Source: an uncultured Spirochaetales bacterium (lineage in GTDB: Bacteria; Spirochaetota; GWE2-31-10; JAFGQB01). From it: a stretch of 33,024 nt of DNA. The position numbers and the translations under genes were made by a program. The notes below the pieces were generated by a model. That model saw only the letters and a list, made by a program, of their open reading frames with translations. It was not told the DNA's origin and did no database searches. Positions 1 through 7,560 of the stretch are shown one piece after another (position 1 is the first letter of the stretch; each line of letters begins with the position of its first letter). The DNA is taken from the NCBI GenBank assembly GCA_964646595.1, contig CAZYID010000007.1, positions 1 to 33,024 of the forward strand, in the 5' to 3' direction.

Positions 1-2
1 TC

Positions 3-1808
3 GAAAAAAAAGAAGTTGAAATAGCAAAAGCATATATTATTTATAGAGCAAAACACGATGTAATAAGAGACTCTAAAAAGTTATTTTTAGATATTAATTT
101 AACAATGGATGGCTATCTTAGCCAGTCTGATTGGCGTGTTAATGAAAATTCAAATGTAAATTTTTCTCTGGGTGGTTTAATTTTACATAACTCCGGAGCA
201 ATAACAGCAAATTATTGGCTGAAAAATATTTATCCGGAGGAAATTGCAAAAGCGCATAGAGAAGCTGATTTTCATATTCATGATCTTGGTATGTTTAGCG
301 GTTACTGTGCCGGCTGGTCTCTTCGCCAGCTTATTGAAGATGGACTTGGAGGAGTAAAAAATAAAATCAGTTCTAAACCGGCAAAACATCTTTATACTCT
401 TATTTTTCAAATTGTAAATTTTCTTGGTATTATGCAGAATGAATGGGCAGGCGCTCAAGCATTTTCAAGTTTTGATACTTACCTTGCACCTTTTGTCAGG
501 ATTGACAAGCTTAAATACAAAGAAGTAAAACAGGCTATTCAAAGTTTTGTGTTTGGAGTAAATACTCCATCAAGATGGGGGAGCCAGGCGCCTTTTACAA
601 ATATCACTCTTGATTGGACAGTTCCGGATGATTTGAAAAATAAACCTGCGATAGTTGGCGGTAAAGAATTAGATACAACTTATGGTGATTATCAAGAAGA
701 AATGAATATGATCAATAAAGCATTTATTGAGATAATGCTTGCCGGAGATGCAATGGGAAGAGGCTTTCAATATCCGATTCCAACTTATAATATTACAAAA
801 GATTTTCATTGGGATTCTGAAAATGCTAAGATGTTATTTGAAATGACTGCAAAATATGGCACTCCATATTTTCAGAATTTTATTAATAGTGATCTTAATC
901 CGGGTGATGTAAGATCAATGTGCTGCAGACTTCAATTGGATAAAAGAGAATTAAGAAAAAAAGGCGGCGGATTATTTGGGGCGGATGAATTAACAGGATC
1001 TATAGGTGTTGTTACTATAAATATGGCAAGAATTGGATATTTATCAAAAACGAAAGAAGAATTTTTTAGAAGATTAGATTTTATTATGAATTTAGCTGCA
1101 GAATCATTAATTATTAAAAGAAAAGTCGTTACTCGTCTTTTAGAAAATAATTTTTTTCCATATTCAAAGAAATATTTAGGACATTTTAATAATCATTTTT
1201 CTACTATTGGTATAAATGGAATGAATGAATGTCTTTTGAATTTTATGGGTAAAGATATTAGTGAAAAAGAAGGAATTGATTTTGCCTTAGAAGCTTTAGA
1301 ATACATGAGAAACAGGTTGGCAGATTATCAGGAAGAGACTGGAGATCTTTTTAATCTTGAAGCTACTCCGGCAGAAAGTACAAGCTATAGATTAGCAAAG
1401 CATGACAAGGAAAGATATCCTAATATTATTACCAGTGGAACAAAAGAACCATATTATACAAATTCTACTCAATTACCGGTAAATCATACTGATGATATTT
1501 TTGAAGCTCTTGATTTACAAGCTAAACTTCAGGCTACTTATACCGGAGGCACAGTATTTCATACTTTTATTGGGGAATCAATTACTGATTGGAAAGCTTG
1601 CAGGAATTTGGTGAAAACAATTGCAAGTAATTATAGAATACCTTATTTTACAATTTCACCAACTTTTTCTATTTGTCCGGTTCACGGTTATTTACAAGGG
1701 GAACAGTTTAATTGTCCAATTTGTGAAGAGGATGAAAAAAGAAAAATATATAAAGAAATTAAAAATTTAAAAGAAGAACGTAAGTCTTTAATTAAAAATT
1801 TAAAATAA
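3..1808 (+). CDS. nrdD: Anaerobic (class III) ribonucleoside-triphosphate reductase, large fragment. The 5' end runs off the window and the ORF lacks its own glycyl-radical domain
   Basis: The frame of ORF 105..1808 stays open back to nt 3 (EKKEVEIAKAYIIYRAKHDVIRDSKKLF). NrdD-like motifs: thiyl-loop region DVRSMCCRLQLD, FNLEATPAEST, YYTNSTQLPV, and a C-terminal Zn site CPVH-x9-CPIC. The ORF stops 27 aa after CPIC without any RVxGY glycyl-radical motif. Confidence 0.9.
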   Translation, partial: EKKEVEIAKAYIIYRAKHDVIRDSKKLFLDINLTMDGYLSQSDWRVNENSNVNFSLGGLILHNSGAITANYWLKNIYPEEIAKAHREADFHIHDLGMFSGYCAGWSLRQLIEDGLGGVKNKISSKPAKHLYTLIFQIVNFLGIMQNEWAGAQAFSSFDTYLAPFVRIDKLKYKEVKQAIQSFVFGVNTPSRWGSQAPFTNITLDWTVPDDLKNKPAIVGGKELDTTYGDYQEEMNMINKAFIEIMLAGDAMGRGFQYPIPTYNITKDFHWDSENAKMLFEMTAKYGTPYFQNFINSDLNPGDVRSMCCRLQLDKRELRKKGGGLFGADELTGSIGVVTINMARIGYLSKTKEEFFRRLDFIMNLAAESLIIKRKVVTRLLENNFFPYSKKYLGHFNNHFSTIGINGMNECLLNFMGKDISEKEGIDFALEALEYMRNRLADYQEETGDLFNLEATPAESTSYRLAKHDKERYPNIITSGTKEPYYTNSTQLPVNHTDDIFEALDLQAKLQATYTGGTVFHTFIGESITDWKACRNLVKTIASNYRIPYFTISPTFSICPVHGYLQGEQFNCPICEEDEKRKIYKEIKNLKEERKSLIKNLK

Positions 1809-1831
1809 ATCTTTGGGGAGGGAGAATAACT

Positions 1832-2392
1832 ATGCACACTATTGAGCAAATTGATCGAGAAATTTCAACACTTAATGATGAGTTACAAAAAGTAAAGGGT
1901 ACTGAAACAGAAGTTTATACAAGGATAGTCGGGTACCACAGAGCTGTTGACAACTGGAACAAAGGAAAAAGAGAAGAATATAATCATCGGAAAGAGTTTG
2001 TGGTAAATCAAGACAAACTATCTGAGGATATACTGGCTAAGAAGAATTATGAAGAAACAGAAGTTTCTGTTATTGATGAGAAAAAAGAAGAACAATGTCT
2101 AGGTATTAATGATTTAAACTTGGATAGAATTTCAGGGTTTAAATTATTTACCAGTCAATATTGTCATAATTGTAGTCCAGTTAAAAATTTTTTGAAAGAT
2201 CTTCATGTTAATGGCGAAGAAATTGATGTTAGTACGGATTTGGGAATAAACCTTGCAAAAAATTATGATGTGATGTCAACACCTACAGTTCTTCTATTTG
2301 ATGAAAATGATAACATAGTGTCAAAAGCATTCTCTGTTGATGAATTAAAAAAAGTTTTCTCAAAAAAAGAAAATTTGTTTTTAAGAAATTAA
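1832..2392 (+). CDS. NrdD C-terminal glycyl-radical domain fused to a thioredoxin/glutaredoxin-like CxxC domain
   Basis: A strong SD (GGGGAGGGAG, 1815..1824) lies 7 nt before the ATG. Residues 28-57 read EVYTRIVGYHRAVDNWNKGKREEYNHRKEF, the canonical NrdD glycyl-radical motif (Gly codon 1931..1933). The C-terminal ~85 aa read FKLFTSQYCHNCSPVKNFL...VMSTPTVLLFDEN, a thioredoxin fold with CHNC at 2162..2173. Confidence 0.8.
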   Translation: MHTIEQIDREISTLNDELQKVKGTETEVYTRIVGYHRAVDNWNKGKREEYNHRKEFVVNQDKLSEDILAKKNYEETEVSVIDEKKEEQCLGINDLNLDRISGFKLFTSQYCHNCSPVKNFLKDLHVNGEEIDVSTDLGINLAKNYDVMSTPTVLLFDENDNIVSKAFSVDELKKVFSKKENLFLRN

Positions 2393-2432
2393 TTAAAAAA
2401 GGCTTTAAATTGGTTCATTTGTAAAGAAACTG

Positions 2433-2483
2433 ATTGCAGAATTCTACTTTATATTAAAACATATGAGAGTAGAATTCTGCAAT
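2433..2483. repeat. Perfect 16-bp inverted repeat (stem-loop) between the radical-domain ORF and nrdG
   Basis: ATTGCAGAATTCTACT (2433..2448) and AGTAGAATTCTGCAAT (2468..2483) are exact reverse complements with a 19-nt spacer. No clear T-run follows. Confidence 0.7.
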
Positions 2484-2512
2484 ATCTTATTAAATTAAAT
2501 TAATTAAAGAAA

Positions 2513-3205
2513 ATGCAATTCTTTGGAATTCAAAAAAACACTCTTATTGATTACCCTGGTGAAGTAGCAGCAACTCTATTTACTTCCGGATGTAATTTTT
2601 TCTGCCCTTATTGTCATAATCCTGAACTAATAAATAAAAATGATAAAATTAAACCAATTGAATGGAAAGAAATATTTGAGTTTTTAAAAAAAAGAAAAAA
2701 TGTACTTGGCGGGATATGCATTACCGGAGGAGAGCCTTTACTTAATAAAGAAATTTCTAAGATAATTGATGAGATTCATTCTATTGGTTTAAAGGTAAAA
2801 ATTGACACTAATGGTTCTTTCCCTGATAGAATGATGAAATGCGATGCGGATTATATTGCAATGGATATTAAAACTTCTTTAGAAAAATATAAACTTGTTT
2901 GTTCTTTAGAAATAAATAAATTATCTCAGTTGCTGAAAGAATCAATAAATTTAATAATCAATTCAAATATTCCCCATGAATTTCGAACAACAGTTGCCCC
3001 GGAGATTGTTGAAGTTGATGATATAAGAAAAATAGCAAAATTAATAAAAGGTGCAGACAAATATGTTTTAGCTCAATTTCGACCAAAAAATACATTAAAT
3101 CCTGATTGGGAAAATATCCCTCCTTATTCAATTACTGTTTTGGAAGAAATGAAAAAAATAGTAGTTTCAACAGGAATAGAATGTGAAATAAGAGGTAAGC
3201 ATTAG
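2513..3205 (+). CDS. nrdG: Anaerobic ribonucleotide reductase activating protein (radical SAM)
   Basis: Radical-SAM cluster motif CNFFCPYCHN near the N-terminus, GGICITGGEPLL SAM-binding motif, ~230 aa, and a position directly downstream of nrdD. Confidence 0.85.
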   Translation: MQFFGIQKNTLIDYPGEVAATLFTSGCNFFCPYCHNPELINKNDKIKPIEWKEIFEFLKKRKNVLGGICITGGEPLLNKEISKIIDEIHSIGLKVKIDTNGSFPDRMMKCDADYIAMDIKTSLEKYKLVCSLEINKLSQLLKESINLIINSNIPHEFRTTVAPEIVEVDDIRKIAKLIKGADKYVLAQFRPKNTLNPDWENIPPYSITVLEEMKKIVVSTGIECEIRGKH

Positions 3206-3301
3206 TGATTAATTAAAAAAACAGGAAGATTGTTTCAATCATTTTGCTTTAAAAAAAAATGAAAATATGAAGCTGGGTATTTTTCTAAAAATGTAAAAAA
3301 A

Positions 3302-3330
3302 TTGACAAATTTTGATATATTTAATATAAT
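3302..3330 (+). promoter_or_regulatory. Sigma-70-type promoter (TTGACA-17 nt-TATAAT)
   Basis: Exact consensus -35 TTGACA (3302..3307), a 17-nt spacer and exact -10 TATAAT (3325..3330), ~50 nt upstream of the TTG start at 3382. The AT-rich background raises the chance-match rate. Confidence 0.5.
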
Positions 3331-3381
3331 CTTTATATGTTTTTGGGGTATTAATTATATTTACCGGGGGGGGATATAGTT

Positions 3382-4077
3382 TTGATTGATAAAGTAGATG
3401 CAGAAAACATAAATAAAATCCTACAAAAAGCTATCCTTCAATTTAACAGAAAAAACATAGATTCTTCCAAAGATTTATTTTTTAAAGTTCTTGAAAAAGA
3501 TCCTTCTAACCCTGAAGCAAATTATTATTTAGGCCTTGCATACTCAAAAGAACTAAACTGGAAAAAAGCTGTTGTTCATCTAAAAGCTGTTGTTGATATG
3601 AGTGTTAATTTCTTATATACTCAGCAGTGCAGGATGGTTTTAGGATATATTTATTTTAATAACAAAGAGTATAAAAGAGCTGAGATTGAATTTTTAGAGG
3701 TTTTAAAATCAAAAGTAAATATAGTACAAGTTTATGCAGCTTTAGCAGCAGTTAAGTATTACCTTGGAGAAAAAAAAGAAGCAATAAAATATGCAGAAAA
3801 AGCATGTGATGTTGATTCGTTTAATTTAAATGCAAAAAATACATTTGGTTATTTTTTGTGTGATTTTGAAGTTGATATTCCAAGAGGACTTGAAATGATT
3901 AGAGAAGTAGTCAGGATAAAACCTAATAATCCGGCTTATCTTGATTCACTAGGATGGGCATATTACAAAAAAGGTGATTTCAAAGCCGCAATTACAAGTT
4001 TAAAGAAAGCTATGGAATTCTCTGAAAATAATCCGGAAATTACTGAACATTATAAGTTTATTTATAAATCAAAGTAA
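3382..4077 (+). CDS. TPR-repeat protein
   Basis: Repeated TPR-like 34-aa units (e.g. PEANYYLGLAYSKELNWKKAVVHLKAV, PAYLDSLGWAYYKKGDFKAAITSLKKAMEF). TTG start preceded by a G-rich SD. Confidence 0.7.
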   Translation: MIDKVDAENINKILQKAILQFNRKNIDSSKDLFFKVLEKDPSNPEANYYLGLAYSKELNWKKAVVHLKAVVDMSVNFLYTQQCRMVLGYIYFNNKEYKRAEIEFLEVLKSKVNIVQVYAALAAVKYYLGEKKEAIKYAEKACDVDSFNLNAKNTFGYFLCDFEVDIPRGLEMIREVVRIKPNNPAYLDSLGWAYYKKGDFKAAITSLKKAMEFSENNPEITEHYKFIYKSK

Positions 4078-4088
4078 GGGGAAAAAGT

Positions 4089-6122
4089 TTGAGATTCATT
4101 TTTTTTGTTTCAATATATTTATTCTTGCTTAATTTCATTTTTTATACACAGGAAATTAATCTTTCTAAAGAGTATTCGATGGATGAATTTCAGGATGGAA
4201 TCAGAGCTTTTCATAGTACAGAATATGAACGTGCAATAACTTTTTTTTTAAAGTCTCTTAGTTTTGATGAAGAGAATCAACTTGCCAGGTATTTTTTAGG
4301 TGAAAGTTACAGAAAAGCCGGATATGATAAAAATGCTATTTTTGTATGGAATAATTTATTATCTTTAGGATACAGAGAAAGAAGTTTAAACGATAAAATA
4401 GAATATTTATATAATAAAAGAGGAATGCTTCATGAAATAAATATTAATAAAACCTTTGTTTTAAAAGAAGATATAAAAGGTTATTATCAAAGTACTGTTT
4501 CTCCATTATTTATAAAACCTTCGCAAATCTCAATTGATAAAAATAATCATTATTTTATTGCTTCATTTTTAACCGGATTGGTAGTTGAGTTGGATCCAAA
4601 TTTTAATTTAGTTAAAAACCATTTTCCATTATTAGAAAAAATAAAAAAACCATTTGGAGTTGTAGTAGATAATGAAGATTATTTATATGTTTCTGATTTT
4701 GAAAATAATACTGTTATAAAATTTGATAAGCATGGAGTAATAAAAACAAAAATTGGTTTTAAAGGGATAAATAAAGGAGCATTACTTGGTCCCGAATATT
4801 TATTGATAGATGATGAAGATAATTTGTATGTTGTTGATTCTGGGAATCATAGAATCAATAAATATAAAACAAATGGCGAAATCTTATTTTCTTTTGGTAA
4901 TGATAGTAATAGTGACGGAAAATTAATTAATCCAGCCGGAATGTATTATTTTGATAATAGTATTTATGTCTGTGATAAGGGTAATGACAGGGTAGTTGTT
5001 TTTGATAAAAGCGGGAATTATATTACTTCTTTTGGAGAAGGAAGACTTAAAAATCCGTATGATATAACTCGTGATAATTTTGATAGATTTTTAATATTAT
5101 GTGAAAAAGAAATCTGGGTTTATGAAGAAGAAAATTCACTTTGGTATATTTTAGATGCTGTTGGAAATCGACTGGAAAGAGGAACTTCTATTGTAATGGA
5201 TAAGGAAAATAACTTATTGGTAAGTGATTTTAATACTTCACGTTTGTTAGTTTTTTCCCATGAAAGGGAAAGATATACAAACCTTAATGTAAATATTGAA
5301 CGAGTTTTTTCACAAAATTTTCCTGAAGTCCACATATCTTTAACAGTTGAAAAAGATGATTTTACAATACCGTCAGGAGTAGATATACCTAATATAACAA
5401 TATTTGAAAATGGAAAAATTGTACCGCTAATTGGAAAAACATATACTCAGGAAAGAGATAAAAGAACAGATATAATGATAATTTATGATAATAATACAAA
5501 TATAGCTGCAAATAAAAATGATATTAAAATAATTATTGATAATTGGCTGCAAAATATTGATCCTATGACAAATGTTGGTTTTGTTGCATTTAAAGGCGGT
5601 GAAACTGTTTTAATGAATAACTTAGGTTCCCCAAGATTATCAATATTAGATTCAATTGATAATTGCAGTTATGAGAATAGGACAGATAAAGGAGCCGGAA
5701 TAAAGTTTAGTATTTACAATATGTTAAGAAAATTTTCAAAGAAAGCAATTATTCTGGTGACAAACTCTAAAGAAACAGGTGATGATTTTTTTAAATTTAA
5801 AATTGAAAATACAATTTCACTTGCGGTGAATAATAATATTCCGGTTTATGTTGTAGCTTTTAATGATAATGAACTTACTGAAATTTATCAGTATATTGCT
5901 GATAAAAGCAATGGTATGTATTATAGAGCATATCAAAGAGGTGATTTAAAGGATTTAATTAAAAATATAGAAAATTCAAAAGGAAAAGAATTAATTTTTT
6001 CCTATTCTTCAAAAGCAATTTCTAGATTTGGTGATGAACCTGTATCCGTAACTGTTGAAGTAAATTACGGAGGAATGAATGGAGTAGCAAAAACAATATA
6101 TTATCCAAATCGATACAAATAA
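4089..6122 (+). CDS. Secreted/membrane-anchored TPR - NHL-repeat - vWA-like protein
   Basis: N-terminal hydrophobic segment, then TPR-like units (YERAITFFLKSL, ARYFLGESYRKAGYDKNAIFVWNNLL). NHL-type repeats follow (YVSDFENNTVIKFD, YVVDSGNHRINKY, YVCDKGNDRVVVFD, LVSDFNTSRLLVF). The C-terminal alpha/beta region resembles vWA with a degenerate MIDAS (IMIIYDNNTN, AIILVTNSKETG, IPVYVVAFND). Confidence 0.65.
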   Translation: MRFIFFVSIYLFLLNFIFYTQEINLSKEYSMDEFQDGIRAFHSTEYERAITFFLKSLSFDEENQLARYFLGESYRKAGYDKNAIFVWNNLLSLGYRERSLNDKIEYLYNKRGMLHEININKTFVLKEDIKGYYQSTVSPLFIKPSQISIDKNNHYFIASFLTGLVVELDPNFNLVKNHFPLLEKIKKPFGVVVDNEDYLYVSDFENNTVIKFDKHGVIKTKIGFKGINKGALLGPEYLLIDDEDNLYVVDSGNHRINKYKTNGEILFSFGNDSNSDGKLINPAGMYYFDNSIYVCDKGNDRVVVFDKSGNYITSFGEGRLKNPYDITRDNFDRFLILCEKEIWVYEEENSLWYILDAVGNRLERGTSIVMDKENNLLVSDFNTSRLLVFSHERERYTNLNVNIERVFSQNFPEVHISLTVEKDDFTIPSGVDIPNITIFENGKIVPLIGKTYTQERDKRTDIMIIYDNNTNIAANKNDIKIIIDNWLQNIDPMTNVGFVAFKGGETVLMNNLGSPRLSILDSIDNCSYENRTDKGAGIKFSIYNMLRKFSKKAIILVTNSKETGDDFFKFKIENTISLAVNNNIPVYVVAFNDNELTEIYQYIADKSNGMYYRAYQRGDLKDLIKNIENSKGKELIFSYSSKAISRFGDEPVSVTVEVNYGGMNGVAKTIYYPNRYK

Positions 6123-6130
6123 ATAATAAA

Positions 6131-7516
6131 ATGAATAATAAATTAAAAACCTATCTAAATAAAATCAATAATAAGAATATATTAATTCAAGGTCTGGGAT
6201 TAAATGGCGGTGGATTAGGAACAGCGCTATTTTTTTTAGAAAATGGATTTGATGTCACAATAACTGATTTAAAAAATAAGAAAGAGTTAAATGAATCAGT
6301 AAGGACGCTCTGTCCCTATGAAAATAAAATTAAATATGTTTTAGGAGAACATAACGAAAAAGATTTTATTGAAGCAGATATAATTGTTAAAGGACCAGGA
6401 GTAGCCCCAACTAATAAATTTATCAAAATTGGAATAGAAAATGAGGCATATATCACAAGTGATCTGGAAATTTTTTTTGAAATAGCACCATGTGAAATTT
6501 ATGGAATAACAGGCAGCAAGGGTAAATCCACAACTGTTTCTGTTATTTATAATATATTTTTACAAGAAACTGATAATTCATATATGGGAGGCAATATTAC
6601 AATTTCTCCATTAACTTTTTATAAAAAGTTGAATAAAGAAAGTCTGATAATTCTAGAATTATCAAGCTGGCAGTTAAGGGATCTAAAAGGGAAAAATTTC
6701 CATTTAAAAGGCTGTTCAATAACAAATTTATTAAATGATCATCAAAATTATTATTCCTCCATGGATGATTATTTAAAAGACAAAATTATTATTACAGACA
6801 ACCAAAATAAGGATGATTTTTGTTTAATTCCTTATAAAGATAAATTTATAAATTTAAATTCAATAAATAGTAAAAGCAGATTATATACTTTTTCAAAATC
6901 AGATTTAAATTCAACCCTATTTTATGAAAATGGATGGGCGTGTTTTAAAGAAAATAATAAAATTATTAAGCTATATTCTATAAAAGATTTGATTGTACAG
7001 GGTGAACATGTACAACTTAATGTTCTTATTGCTTCAGGTTTCGCATACTTAGCCGGAATAAAGATTGAAAATATAATAAAAGGAATAAAAACCTATAAAG
7101 GTGCTCCTTACAGAATGGAATTAATTCGTATCTGGAATGGGATTAAATTTATTAATGATACAACAGCAACTATTCCTGATGCAGCATATTATGCAATTTT
7201 ATCATTTAAAGAACCATTAATATGGATTGGCGGAGGAAATGATAAAAATCTTGATTTTGAAATAATAAAAGATGTTTCAAATATTCCAAAAAAAATTTTT
7301 TTATTAAAAGGTGATGGAACTGAAAAGATGAAGGAATTTATTGATAGAAATGATATAATAGAATCAGATTCAATTGAATCTTTGATGGAACAAGCAGTTA
7401 AAAATGCTGTATCAGGGGATGTGATATTATTATCGCCGGGATGTACAAGTTTTGGATTATTTAAAAATGAGTTTCATAGAGGTGATGTTTTTAATAATTA
7501 TGTTAACTCCTTGTAA
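6131..7516 (+). CDS. murD: UDP-N-acetylmuramoyl-L-alanine--D-glutamate ligase
   Basis: N-terminal Rossmann-like ILIQGLGLNGGGLGTALFFLENGFDVTITD, Mur-ligase P-loop GITGSKGKSTT, C-terminal LSPGCTSFGLFKNEFHRGDVF, ~460 aa. Confidence 0.85.
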   Translation: MNNKLKTYLNKINNKNILIQGLGLNGGGLGTALFFLENGFDVTITDLKNKKELNESVRTLCPYENKIKYVLGEHNEKDFIEADIIVKGPGVAPTNKFIKIGIENEAYITSDLEIFFEIAPCEIYGITGSKGKSTTVSVIYNIFLQETDNSYMGGNITISPLTFYKKLNKESLIILELSSWQLRDLKGKNFHLKGCSITNLLNDHQNYYSSMDDYLKDKIIITDNQNKDDFCLIPYKDKFINLNSINSKSRLYTFSKSDLNSTLFYENGWACFKENNKIIKLYSIKDLIVQGEHVQLNVLIASGFAYLAGIKIENIIKGIKTYKGAPYRMELIRIWNGIKFINDTTATIPDAAYYAILSFKEPLIWIGGGNDKNLDFEIIKDVSNIPKKIFLLKGDGTEKMKEFIDRNDIIESDSIESLMEQAVKNAVSGDVILLSPGCTSFGLFKNEFHRGDVFNNYVNSL

Positions 7517-7560
7517 AATTATTTAAGTCTATAAAAGTAAAATTCCGATAAATTAAGACA

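Noticed and set aside
183-458. Antisense or out-of-frame ORFs of 60-127 aa nested inside clearly homologous genes. These are 183..458, 5120..5335, 10311..10694, 12587..12895, 15611..15793, 16007..16234, 16343..16534, 17304..17546, 17598..17828, 17886..18080, 20800..20991, 21570..21776, 26469..26687, 29108..29290, 30083..30277 and 32470..32682.
   Set aside because: Each lies wholly within a gene with strong family motifs on the other strand. Their translations are low-complexity (L/F/S/I-rich), as expected from reading AT-rich K/E/N-rich coding sequence backwards. None has a convincing SD.
1806-1834. nrdD split as a simple frameshift pseudogene or sequencing error.
   Set aside because: Not fully excluded without reads. 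However, the junction has an in-frame TAA, a strong SD at ideal spacing and a proper ATG, and about 50 extra residues of helix-like sequence absent from canonical NrdD. Both pieces retain intact catalytic motifs, which argues for a functional two-ORF arrangement.
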